Shown: positions 1-9,718 of the stretch, piece by piece
Layout: the number at the start of each line of letters is the position of its first letter
How positions within the stretch are numbered: position 1 is the stretch's first letter
IMG/VR virus record: IMGVR_UViG_3300030330_001991
Coordinates: 1 to 57,670 of that record
Direction: 5' to 3' (one strand)
DNA length: 57,670 nt
DNA from: a virus
Lineage: Duplodnaviria > Caudoviricetes
Program-made: the position numbers and the translations under genes
Notes under the pieces: model-generated
What the model was told of the DNA's origin: nothing
Seen by the model: only the letters and a program-made list of their open reading frames with translations
The model's database searches: none

Positions 1-1755
1 ATATTTTATATATTCTGGGAAGCTTGTAAAGCTGATAAAAGAAGTTATGGTATGTGTTACCTTAAGAACCGTCGTTCTGGTTTTTCTTTTATGAGTAGCT
101 CTGAAACAGTTAATTTAGCAACTTTAGCAAGTGATAGTAGATATGGTATATTATCTAAAACAGGTGCTGATGCTAAAAAAATGTTTACAGACAAAGTAGT
201 ACCTATTAGTATTAACTATCCTTTTTTCTTTAAACCAGTTCAAGATGGTATGGACAGGCCAAAATCAGAATTAGCCTATAGAGTACCAGCTAGTAAGTTT
301 ACAAGAAAGAAAATTACAGCTAACGAACAGTTAGAGGATATACAAGGTTTAGACACAACTATAGACTGGAAAAATACAGGCGATAATAGTTATGATGGTG
401 AAAAGCTAAATCTATTAGTACACGATGAAAGTGGTAAATGGGAAAGACCCGATAATATTTTAAATAACTGGAGAGTTACAAAAACATGCTTAAGACTAGG
501 TAGTAGAATAGTTGGTAAATGTATGATGGGCTCGACTTCAAACGCATTAGATAAAGGTGGAGACAATTTTAAAAAATTATACAATGCATCAGATGTCACT
601 AAAAGAAATAGAAACGGTCAAACAAAATCTGGTTTATATTCTTTGTTTATCCCAATGGAATGGAACTACGAAGGATTTATTGACGAGTACGGAGTTCCAG
701 TGTTCACTACTCCTGACAGCGATGTGCTTGCCCCAGATGGAGAGCTAATAGATGTAGGTGTAATAGATAGTTGGCAAAACGAGGTTGACGGTTTAAAAGA
801 CGATCAAGATGCTTTAAATGAGTTTTATCGTCAGTTTCCAAGAACTACAGAACATGCATTTAGAGATGAATCAAAAGGTAGTATATTTAATTTAATAAAA
901 ATATACGAGCAGATAGATTATAACGAAGAAATGGGTAGAACCCTTGGTATTACAACTGGTAATTTTCAATGGGTTAACGGTGTTAAAGATACACAAGTTA
1001 TATTTTACCCTGATCAAAAAGGTAGATTTAAAGTTAGTTGGGTCCCAGCACAACACCTACAAAATAGAGTTATATTAAAAAATGGTGTGAGATATCCTGG
1101 TAATGAACACATGGGAGCGTTTGGTTGCGACTCTTATGATATATCAGGAACCGTAGATGGAGAAGGTTCTAAAGGAGCACTACACGGCTTAACCAGGTTT
1201 AGTATGGAGGACGCTCCTGCGAATAGCTTCTTTTTAGAATATTTATCAAGACCACCTACGGCTGAAATATTTTTTGAAGACGTGTTAATGGCATTAGTTT
1301 TTTATGGTATGCCAATATTAGCAGAGAATAATAAACCTAGACTTTTATATTATTTAAGACGTAGAGGATATAGAGGTTTTAGTATGAATCGTCCTGATAA
1401 AGTGTGGAACAAACTTTCAGCTGCAGAAAAAGAAGTTGGTGGAATACCAAACTCAAGTGAAGATATAAAACAAGCGCACGCTGCAGCTATTGAGATGTAC
1501 ATACAAGATCATGTTGGTATGAAACAAGATGGTAGTCATGGCAACGTTTACTTTAATGATTTATTAAATGATTGGACTAGATTTGATATAAATAAAAGAA
1601 CAAAGTTTGATGCAACAATAAGTAGTGGTTTGGCTATAATGGCTAACAATAGACATCTTTACGCACCAAATGCGAAAATAGAAAGAGAACCTTTAAATAT
1701 ACACATTGCTAAATATTCAAATAAAGGAGGTTTATCTAAAATAATTAAAAATTAA
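1..1755 (+). CDS. terL: Terminase large subunit (5'-truncated)
   Basis: Frame is open from base 1. Walker A variant KNRRSGFS, Walker B LLVHDESGKW, motif III MGSTSN, C-terminal nuclease-type GCDSYD...KFDATI. Lies directly upstream of the portal. Confidence 0.9.
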   Translation: MFYIFWEACKADKRSYGMCYLKNRRSGFSFMSSSETVNLATLASDSRYGILSKTGADAKKMFTDKVVPISINYPFFFKPVQDGMDRPKSELAYRVPASKFTRKKITANEQLEDIQGLDTTIDWKNTGDNSYDGEKLNLLVHDESGKWERPDNILNNWRVTKTCLRLGSRIVGKCMMGSTSNALDKGGDNFKKLYNASDVTKRNRNGQTKSGLYSLFIPMEWNYEGFIDEYGVPVFTTPDSDVLAPDGELIDVGVIDSWQNEVDGLKDDQDALNEFYRQFPRTTEHAFRDESKGSIFNLIKIYEQIDYNEEMGRTLGITTGNFQWVNGVKDTQVIFYPDQKGRFKVSWVPAQHLQNRVILKNGVRYPGNEHMGAFGCDSYDISGTVDGEGSKGALHGLTRFSMEDAPANSFFLEYLSRPPTAEIFFEDVLMALVFYGMPILAENNKPRLLYYLRRRGYRGFSMNRPDKVWNKLSAAEKEVGGIPNSSEDIKQAHAAAIEMYIQDHVGMKQDGSHGNVYFNDLLNDWTRFDINKRTKFDATISSGLAIMANNRHLYAPNAKIEREPLNIHIAKYSNKGGLSKIIKN

Positions 1756-1756
1756 T

Positions 1757-4198
1757 ATGAGTATACGTAGAAACAGTTATTTTCCTAGTCAGGTTGTTAG
1801 CGATGCTGAAAAAATAAGTTATGATTATGGCTTAAAAGTAGCAAAAGCTATAGAGCAAGAGTGGTTTGATGGTGGTTACAATGGTAGGTATAATAATGGT
1901 GTAAATAATTTTCATAACTTAAGATTATACGCTAGAGGCGAGCAATCAATACAAAAATATAAAGATGAATTATCTATAAACGGTGATTTATCTTATCTTA
2001 ATTTAGACTGGAAACCAGTACCAATAATACCTAAATTTGTAGACATAGTTGTTAATGGTATAGCTGAAAGATTATTTAGTGTAAAAGCATATTCACAAGA
2101 TCCAGCTGGTGTTAGTAAAAGAACAGAGTATATGGAGACTTTGTTAAAGGATATGAAGATGAGAGAGTTTGATGCAGCAACTAAGGAGTCTTTAAATATA
2201 GATTTAGCATCGACACCACCAGAGCAATTACCAGACTCAGAAGATGAGCTACAACTACACATGCAGTTAAGTTACAAACAAGCTGTAGAACTAGCTGAAG
2301 AAGCAGCAATAACAACTTTGCTAGATGGTAGTAACTACGATTTAATAAAAAGAAGAGTTTTTTACGATTTAACAGTTATAGGTATTGGTGCAACAAAAAC
2401 AACATTTAATACATCTGAAGGAGCAAAGGTTGAATATGTAGACCCAGCAAATTTAGTTTATTCTTATACTGATTCTCCATATTTTGAAGATGTATACTAC
2501 GTTGGTGAAGTGAAGCAGATACCAGTTAATGAGCTTGTTAAAGAGTTTCCTTTTTTAACACCAGAAGATTTACAAGAAATAACAAAAAACAATAAACAAT
2601 ACTCTCATATAAATAGAACTTTATCTGATAATGATTCTAATAAAATTAGTGTCTTATATTTTAATTACAAAACCTATATGAACGAGGTTTATAAAATGAA
2701 AGAAACTGGCAGTGGTTCTATGAAGATATTGCCAAAAGACGATACTTTTAATCCTCCTATAGAGGCAGAGGTTAATTTTACAAAATTACAAAGATCTATA
2801 GAGTGTTTGTACGAAGGAGCTTTAGTACTAGGTACTAATAAGCTTTTAAAATGGGAGATGGCTAAAAACATGATGAGATCGAAGAGCGATTATACTAAAG
2901 TTAAAATGAACTATAGTATCGTTGCTCCTAGAATGTATGAAGGACGTATAGAATCACTTGTAAGTAGAGTAACTGGTTTTGCTGACATGATACAGCTAAC
3001 ACATTTAAAACTACAACAGGTGTTATCTAGAATGGTTCCAGATGGTGTTTATCTTGATGCTGATGGTTTAGCTGAAATAGATTTAGGTAACGGTACAAAC
3101 TATAATCCGCAAGAAGCATTAAACATGTTTTTCCAAACAGGTAGTATTATAGGTAGATCAATGACTATTGATGGTGATCCAAACGCCGGTAGAACACCTA
3201 TACAAGAAATATCTAATGGATCAGGTGCACAAGCAAAAATGCAAAGTTTAATAGGTACTTATAACTATTATTTGCAAATGATAAGAGATACTACTGGTTT
3301 AAACGAAGCTAGAGATGCTTCTACGCCAGATGAAAGATCTTTAGTTGGTGTTCAAAAAATGGCAGCTGCTAACTCTAATACCGCTACAAGACATATATTA
3401 AATGGAGGTATGTTTTTAACAGCAGAAGTGTGCGAGCAATTATCATTGAGAATATCTGATATATTAGAGTATTCACCAACAGCTGATGCTTTTATACAAG
3501 CTATTGGTGTTCACAATGTGGCGACTTTAAAAGAAATGTCGGAATTACATTTATACGATTTTGGTATATTTTTAGAATTAGCACCAGATGAAGAACAAAA
3601 ACAATTGTTAGAAAATAATATACAAACTTCAATACAGCAAGGTGCTATAGATTTAGAAGATGCTATAGACTTAAGAAATATAAAAAATCTTAAGTTAGCT
3701 AATCAAATGTTAAAGATTACTAGAAAGAAAAAAGCAGAACAAAAGCAAGCTCAAGAGTTAGAGATGACAAAAGCTCAAGGCGAATCACAGGCTCAAGCTA
3801 CACAAGCAGCGGCACAAGCTGAAATGCAAAAAGCTCAACAAAATCATCAAATGCAGGTAGAACTTATACAAGCTCAAGCACAAGCAAAGTCACAACATAT
3901 AGCTGAACAAGGTCAAGCAAAGTCAGCTCAAATGCAAGAAGAAGCTGCTATTAAAAAAGAACTAATGCAAATGGAGTTTGAAATAAACATGAAACTTCAA
4001 GAGATGAACATGCAGCAAGTTGATATGAAAGAGACAATGAAGGAAGATAGAAAAGACAACAGAACAAAAATGCAAGCCTCACAACAAAGTGAGCTTATAG
4101 ACCAAAGATTAAACAAAAAACCACCTAAAAAGTTTGAGTCCTCAGGTAATGATATAATGAGTGGCGAATTAGGTTTAGGTGAGTTTGGTCCTAAGTAA
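1757..4198 (+). CDS. Portal protein
   Basis: 813 aa directly after the terminase. PIIPKFVDIVVNG motif and long Q/A-rich C-terminal coiled coil typical of podovirus portals. Confidence 0.85.
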   Translation: MSIRRNSYFPSQVVSDAEKISYDYGLKVAKAIEQEWFDGGYNGRYNNGVNNFHNLRLYARGEQSIQKYKDELSINGDLSYLNLDWKPVPIIPKFVDIVVNGIAERLFSVKAYSQDPAGVSKRTEYMETLLKDMKMREFDAATKESLNIDLASTPPEQLPDSEDELQLHMQLSYKQAVELAEEAAITTLLDGSNYDLIKRRVFYDLTVIGIGATKTTFNTSEGAKVEYVDPANLVYSYTDSPYFEDVYYVGEVKQIPVNELVKEFPFLTPEDLQEITKNNKQYSHINRTLSDNDSNKISVLYFNYKTYMNEVYKMKETGSGSMKILPKDDTFNPPIEAEVNFTKLQRSIECLYEGALVLGTNKLLKWEMAKNMMRSKSDYTKVKMNYSIVAPRMYEGRIESLVSRVTGFADMIQLTHLKLQQVLSRMVPDGVYLDADGLAEIDLGNGTNYNPQEALNMFFQTGSIIGRSMTIDGDPNAGRTPIQEISNGSGAQAKMQSLIGTYNYYLQMIRDTTGLNEARDASTPDERSLVGVQKMAAANSNTATRHILNGGMFLTAEVCEQLSLRISDILEYSPTADAFIQAIGVHNVATLKEMSELHLYDFGIFLELAPDEEQKQLLENNIQTSIQQGAIDLEDAIDLRNIKNLKLANQMLKITRKKKAEQKQAQELEMTKAQGESQAQATQAAAQAEMQKAQQNHQMQVELIQAQAQAKSQHIAEQGQAKSAQMQEEAAIKKELMQMEFEINMKLQEMNMQQVDMKETMKEDRKDNRTKMQASQQSELIDQRLNKKPPKKFESSGNDIMSGELGLGEFGPK

Positions 4199-4225
4199 AA
4201 TTATTAACTATTATTATATTATATT

Positions 4226-5458
4226 ATGGCAAAAAAAGAAACAAAAGAAAAACCAGAGGTGGACAACACTGTTGAAAAGCAGAAAATAAAAAAGAAACCT
4301 AAAATAAAAAAAATGACAACCGATGCTGACGGTGTTACTAAAGTTGATTTATCAAAACTAAAAGAAGCAGCGGAAACAGTTACTAAGGTTGATTTAAAAG
4401 AAAAACCAAATAAAGATGAAACCAAAGAAACTACAAACGATAACGCTGACGACAGCGGAGTGGTTGAACTCGTTGAAAACACCGAGTCCACACAAGAACA
4501 AAAAGAAATACAACCGGAAAGTAAAACACAAGAAGAACCAGTTTTAGAAGAGGTAACAAATGAAGAGGTTGAAAAGTTAGAAAAAGAAGCAACAGATGCT
4601 ATTATTGAGTCTAGCGAAACTGGCAAACCTTTACCGGAAAACGTAGAAAAACTAGTTAATTTTATGGAAGAAACTGGTGGTGATATAAACGACTACGTTA
4701 AACTAAATACAGATTATTCAAAAATGGATAATCATACTTTATTAAAAGAATATTATAAACAAACAAAGTCACATTTAAATGACGAAGAAATAGAGTTTAT
4801 GATGGAGGATCAGTTTTCTTATGATGAAGAAGAAGATGATGCTAAACAAATAAAGTTAAAAAAAATAGCGTTAAAAGAGCAAGTTGCCGACGCTAGAGAG
4901 CACTTGGACGGCTTAAAGTCCCAATACTATGAAGATATTAAAGCTGGAAGTAAATTAACTGAAGAACAACAGAAGGCAATTGATTTCTTTAATAGATACA
5001 ATAAAGATGAAGCTAATAACAAAAAAATAGCAGACAAACAAAAATCTGACTTTTTAAATAAAACTAAAAATGTTTTTAACGATAAATTCAAAGGTTTTGA
5101 GTATAATGTCGGGGATAAAAATTACAGGGTTAATGTTAAAAATGCTGATGAGGTAAGTAACACTCAAAGTGATATAAACAATTTTATCAAGAGGTTCTTG
5201 AATGAAAATGGTGAAGTATCAGACGCTAAGGGCTATCACAAATCTCTATATACAGCAATGAACGCGGATGCTATAGCTAGACACTTTTACGAACAAGGTA
5301 AAGCTGATGCTATGAATGATAGTATTAAAAATGCTAAAAACATAGATATGAGCCCTAGACAATCACACAGCGGCGAAGTAAACGTTGGTGGTATAAAAGT
5401 AAAAGCGCTTGGCGATGATGCTAGTAGTTTCAAATTTAAAATTAGAAAAAACAAATAA
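4226..5458 (+). CDS. Capsid scaffolding protein (putative)
   Basis: Acidic low-complexity N-terminus, helical C-terminus, positioned between portal and capsid genes. Confidence 0.7.
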   Translation: MAKKETKEKPEVDNTVEKQKIKKKPKIKKMTTDADGVTKVDLSKLKEAAETVTKVDLKEKPNKDETKETTNDNADDSGVVELVENTESTQEQKEIQPESKTQEEPVLEEVTNEEVEKLEKEATDAIIESSETGKPLPENVEKLVNFMEETGGDINDYVKLNTDYSKMDNHTLLKEYYKQTKSHLNDEEIEFMMEDQFSYDEEEDDAKQIKLKKIALKEQVADAREHLDGLKSQYYEDIKAGSKLTEEQQKAIDFFNRYNKDEANNKKIADKQKSDFLNKTKNVFNDKFKGFEYNVGDKNYRVNVKNADEVSNTQSDINNFIKRFLNENGEVSDAKGYHKSLYTAMNADAIARHFYEQGKADAMNDSIKNAKNIDMSPRQSHSGEVNVGGIKVKALGDDASSFKFKIRKNK

Positions 5459-5478
5459 CAATTTAAAATTTAAAAATT

Positions 5479-6963
5479 ATGGCAATTAATCCTGGAGATA
5501 ATTTGAACAGTGTTGCTCTTCCACAGAAGAAAACATTGGCATCAAATTATATTGATTTTACTGCTGAAGCAACTAAAGGTTGGGCTCAGCAATATTTACC
5601 AGATCTTATGGAGAAAGAAGCTGAGGTGTTCGGTAACAGAACTATCGCAGGTTTTCTTGAAAAAGTAGGAGCTGAAGAATCTATGACTGCTGACCAAGTT
5701 ATTTGGTCTGAGCAAGGTAGATTACACTTAGCGTACACAGGTACAGTTAATAATACTGACGGTGTTTTTACAATTACTCATGATATCGATGGTCAAGCAA
5801 TAACTGCTTCAGCTGCTGCTGAGCACGGTGTTAGATTAAACGATATGGTTATTGTAGCAACTGCTGAAGGTACTGTTAAATGTATGGTTACTGATATAGG
5901 TGACGGTGCTAATGCACACAAGGTTACTGTTAAACCTTACGAAAATGATAACATTGAAGATTTATCTGCGTTTGGAAATGGTGCTTCTGAAGCTGCAACT
6001 ATATTAGTTATAGGTTCTGAGTACGGTAAAGGTACTAACGGTCAAAGCGCTAATGCTGAAGGACCTAAAACTGTAAATCCTGTATTTAAATCATTCACTA
6101 ACAAACCAATCATTATTAAAGATTACTACGAGATCAACGGGTCTGATGTTTCTCAAATTGGTTGGGTTGAAATATCTGGTGAAGACGGACAATCAGGTTA
6201 CTTATGGTATTTAAAAGCTGAAGGTGACACTAGACAAAGATTTACTGATTACTTAGAGATGACTATGCTAGAGGCTGTAAAAGGTGCTCCTGCTACATCT
6301 GTTGTTGATTCACAAATCGGAACTGCTGGTGATTCATTTGGTACTGAAGGTTTATTCGCTGCTATTGAAGATAGAGGTAATATAACTACTGGTGTTACTG
6401 GTGTTAATGCTGCTACTGATTTAGCTGAGTTTGATGCAATACTTGCTGAGTTTGATAAGCAAGGTGCTATTGAAGAAAACATGATGTTTGTAAACAGAGC
6501 TACTAGTTTAGCTATGGATGACATGTTAGCTTCTATGAACTCTTACGGTGCTGGTGGTACTTCTTACGGGGTATTTGACAACGAAGAAGATATGGCTTTA
6601 AACTTAGGTTTCTCTGGATTCCGTAGAGGTTCTTATGACTTTTACAAGTCTGACTTTAGATACTTAAACGACAAAGGTACTAGAGGAAGTATTAACGATA
6701 GAGATGCTGTTGCGCCAATTAGAGGTGTCATCATCCCTGCTGGTGTATCTACGGTTTATGACCAAAACTTAGGTAAAAACCTTAAGCGTCCTTTCTTACA
6801 TGTAAGGTACAGAGCTTCGCAAACTGATAACAGAAGAATGAAAACTTGGACTACTGGTTCAGTTGGTGCTGAGACTTCTGACTTAGATGCGATGCAAGTA
6901 CACTACTTATCTGAAAGATGTTTAGTTGTACAAGGTGCTAACAACTTTATGTTAATGAAGTAA
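5479..6963 (+). CDS. Major capsid protein
   Basis: 494 aa after the scaffold, strongly biased codon use (GCT/GGT/ACT), TEGLFAAI motif, followed by a strong terminator. Confidence 0.85.
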   Translation: MAINPGDNLNSVALPQKKTLASNYIDFTAEATKGWAQQYLPDLMEKEAEVFGNRTIAGFLEKVGAEESMTADQVIWSEQGRLHLAYTGTVNNTDGVFTITHDIDGQAITASAAAEHGVRLNDMVIVATAEGTVKCMVTDIGDGANAHKVTVKPYENDNIEDLSAFGNGASEAATILVIGSEYGKGTNGQSANAEGPKTVNPVFKSFTNKPIIIKDYYEINGSDVSQIGWVEISGEDGQSGYLWYLKAEGDTRQRFTDYLEMTMLEAVKGAPATSVVDSQIGTAGDSFGTEGLFAAIEDRGNITTGVTGVNAATDLAEFDAILAEFDKQGAIEENMMFVNRATSLAMDDMLASMNSYGAGGTSYGVFDNEEDMALNLGFSGFRRGSYDFYKSDFRYLNDKGTRGSINDRDAVAPIRGVIIPAGVSTVYDQNLGKNLKRPFLHVRYRASQTDNRRMKTWTTGSVGAETSDLDAMQVHYLSERCLVVQGANNFMLMK

Positions 6964-6976
6964 GCATTTATATTTT

Positions 6977-7012
6977 AAAAGACCGGGGCTTCGGCCTCGG
7001 CCTTTTATTTTT
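6977..7012 (+). terminator. Rho-independent terminator
   Basis: CCGGGGC-TTCG-GCCTCGG hairpin (cUUCGg loop) followed by a T tract, just after the capsid stop codon. Confidence 0.85.
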
Positions 7013-7036
7013 ATTAATTTTATTATATATTATATT

Positions 7037-7882
7037 ATGGCAAAGAAAACAAAAAAAGACTTTTACCAGGGTGATCCTGGTGATGAGCATGTAGAAAAAG
7101 TGGTTGTTGAAACACCAGTTGTTGAAGCACCAAAAACAAAAAAGAAAAAAAGCGTAGAAGATGGTTGGCAGATAAAAGATAGACTTTATCATCTTAAAAT
7201 GCAAAAAAAACCTTTAACATACATTATTAGATCTTCAAACATATATTATTTTGATGAAGAAAAAGGATACGAAAGAGAATTAAAACACACGTTAAATCAA
7301 AGAACTTGTTTTGTTGATGAAATGGTAGGAGATCAAAGATTAGACCATATTGTATTTAGATCTGGTAGTTTATATGTACCAAAAGAAAAAACAGTTTTAC
7401 AAAAACTATTATCTTTATATCATCCTCATAGGGATAAACTATACTACGAGCATAAACCACAAGAAATAGCAGAAGATCAGTTAGGATGGTTAGAATTTGA
7501 AGCAGAAGCCTTAATGGCAGCTAAAAACCTAGATATTGATTTAGCAGAAGCTGTTATGCGTGTAGAATTAGGTTCTAGAGTTACAGAGATGAGTTCTAAA
7601 GAACTTAAACGTGACTTGTTACTATTTGCTAGAAGAGATCCTAAATTGTTCTTAGATTTAGTTACTGATGATAATATTCAACTAAGGAATTTTGGTATAA
7701 AAGCCACTGAAGCTGGAATATTAAAATTATCAGGTGACCAAAGAACATTTATATGGGCTTCTACTGGTAGAAAACTTATGAACGTTCCATTTGAAGAACA
7801 CCCTTACTCAGCTTTAGCTGCTTGGTTTAAAACTGACGAAGGTATGGAAGTATACAAAAGTATAGAAAAAAGATTCAAGTAA
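7037..7882 (+). CDS. Conserved virion-module protein of unknown function
   Basis: 281-aa ORF flanked by two terminators, directly after the capsid gene. Confidence 0.6.
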   Translation: MAKKTKKDFYQGDPGDEHVEKVVVETPVVEAPKTKKKKSVEDGWQIKDRLYHLKMQKKPLTYIIRSSNIYYFDEEKGYERELKHTLNQRTCFVDEMVGDQRLDHIVFRSGSLYVPKEKTVLQKLLSLYHPHRDKLYYEHKPQEIAEDQLGWLEFEAEALMAAKNLDIDLAEAVMRVELGSRVTEMSSKELKRDLLLFARRDPKLFLDLVTDDNIQLRNFGIKATEAGILKLSGDQRTFIWASTGRKLMNVPFEEHPYSALAAWFKTDEGMEVYKSIEKRFK

Positions 7883-7891
7883 TAACAATAT

Positions 7892-7920
7892 ATGGTTGCC
7901 CTTCGGGGCGACCATTTATT
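7892..7920 (+). terminator. Rho-independent terminator
   Basis: ATGGTTGCCC-TTCG-GGGCGACCAT hairpin followed by TTATT. Confidence 0.8.
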
Positions 7921-7932
7921 AAAATTTAATTT

Positions 7933-8100
7933 ATGAAAAAAAATAAATCTAAAGGTTTAGGAGATACTGTTGAAAAATTTACAAAAGCTACTGGTATAAA
8001 AAGTATAGTAGACGCTGTAAACAAAGCAAGAGGTGTTAAAGACTGCGGTTGTGGCAAAAGAAGAGACGCTTTAAACAAAATGTTCCCTTACAAAAAATAA
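7933..8100 (+). CDS. Small phage protein (55 aa, GLGDTV...CGC..RR..LN type), missing from the ORF track
   Basis: Translates to MKKNKSKGLGDTVEKFTKATGIKSIVDAVNKARGVKDCGCGKRRDALNKMFPYKK and fills the gap exactly. Confidence 0.8.
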   Translation: MKKNKSKGLGDTVEKFTKATGIKSIVDAVNKARGVKDCGCGKRRDALNKMFPYKK

Positions 8101-8104
8101 ATAA

Positions 8105-8797
8105 ATGGCAATAAGTGTAGATACAGTATACCAAAGAGTTTTAGCTCTTGCTAATAAAGAGCAAAGAGGTTATATAACTCCTCAAGAGTTTAACTTAATA
8201 GCTCAACAAGCTCAAATGGAAATATTTGAACAATATTTTTATGACGCTAAATCAGAGGATAAAAATCTTAAAAACTCTACAGAATTTTCTAATATTGACG
8301 AAATATTAGATGAAAAAATATCTATATTTAAAGCTACCGCGCCAATAGCTACAAACGGTTCTATTGGTGATCTACCAAGCGATCTTTATAGATTAGGTAT
8401 GGTTTTTCAAAGTGGATCCATGATAGAGGTAGAACAAGTAAATGAAGAAGAAGTTTCTTATCTTTTACAATCACCACTAGCAAAACCCACTAATTCATTC
8501 CCGGCTTTTCACAGATTATCACAATCACAAATAAAACTTCACCCAATACAACTTAATGTATCATGTAATTATATTAGAACACCTAAAATACCAAAATGGA
8601 GTTATGTAGTGGTAAATGAAAAAGCACTTTATAATGCTTCAGCTCCTGATAAGCAAGACTTTGAAATACACGTATCTGATTCTGCAGAGTTAGTTTACAA
8701 AATATTATCACTAGCAGGAATTGTAATAGCAAAACCAGGCTTAGGTAGTTACGCTGATGCACAAATAAACGCACAAAAACAACAAGAAAAACAATAA
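8105..8797 (+). CDS. Tail ring/adaptor (tubular) protein, putative
   Basis: NKEQRGYITPQEFN N-terminus and YIRTP motif; position in the head-tail module. Confidence 0.6.
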   Translation: MAISVDTVYQRVLALANKEQRGYITPQEFNLIAQQAQMEIFEQYFYDAKSEDKNLKNSTEFSNIDEILDEKISIFKATAPIATNGSIGDLPSDLYRLGMVFQSGSMIEVEQVNEEEVSYLLQSPLAKPTNSFPAFHRLSQSQIKLHPIQLNVSCNYIRTPKIPKWSYVVVNEKALYNASAPDKQDFEIHVSDSAELVYKILSLAGIVIAKPGLGSYADAQINAQKQQEKQ

Positions 8798-8800
8798 AAC

Positions 8801-9715
8801 ATGGGATTATACAACGGTAATTTATTTAATTATTACGCAACACCAAGCTTAGAAACTTTAGGTGGTTATCAATTTATATCTATAACCGATGTTATAAACA
8901 ACTTTATGGTTGCTTACGTTGGAGAAGATAAAATACTACCTAAAATATCTAGAGCAGACGTTAGATTTCACGCTAGTAGAGCAATACAAGAATTAACTTA
9001 TGATACTTTTAGATCTTGTAAAAATTTAGAGTTAGAGGTTCCTAATAGTTTAACACTACCTATACCTCATGATTATGTTGATTATGTAAAAATATCTAGA
9101 GTTGATGAAAACGGTAGATGTCACACTATAAACTGTTGTAAAGCATGTCCAAAAGATCCTTTGTCTTATGAGCAAAATGAAGATGGAACTATTAATGTTG
9201 GAGGAAAAACTACAGGTCATGAATTACCAGGTGGTCCTCATAATCCTATTGTAGAGCCCTCTAACACTTGGGAAAATTACAAATCAAGTGATTCTTCAGA
9301 AAATCAAGAACAAGAGTATAATCACGATAGACATATGTTTGAGGCTAACTTAGGTAGGAGGTATGGTTTAAATACAGCTGATGCTAATACAAATGGTTGT
9401 TTTTATGTTAATTGCAGAAATGGATTAATATATTTTGATTCAAGTTTGGTTGGTAAAACAGTTATAATACAGTACATAAGTGATGGTGTTGCTACTGATG
9501 GAGAGATGTTGGTACATAAGTTTGCTGAAGAGGCAATGTACAAATGGATAATATATGCTATAGTAAGCACTAGAGCTGTTCCCGATCCAAGAGCAGGTAT
9601 GTTTAAAAAAGAAAGATTTGCGGCTATTAGAAACGCAAAATTAAGACTATCAAAAATAAAACCTGAAGAACTTACTAAAGTTTTAAGAGGTAAATCTAAA
9701 TGGATTAAACACTAA
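8801..9715 (+). CDS. Tail ring/adaptor protein, putative
   Basis: IPHDYVDYVKIS and IQYISDG motifs resemble podovirus tail tubular proteins; synteny. Confidence 0.55.
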   Translation: MGLYNGNLFNYYATPSLETLGGYQFISITDVINNFMVAYVGEDKILPKISRADVRFHASRAIQELTYDTFRSCKNLELEVPNSLTLPIPHDYVDYVKISRVDENGRCHTINCCKACPKDPLSYEQNEDGTINVGGKTTGHELPGGPHNPIVEPSNTWENYKSSDSSENQEQEYNHDRHMFEANLGRRYGLNTADANTNGCFYVNCRNGLIYFDSSLVGKTVIIQYISDGVATDGEMLVHKFAEEAMYKWIIYAIVSTRAVPDPRAGMFKKERFAAIRNAKLRLSKIKPEELTKVLRGKSKWIKH

Positions 9716-9718
9716 AAT

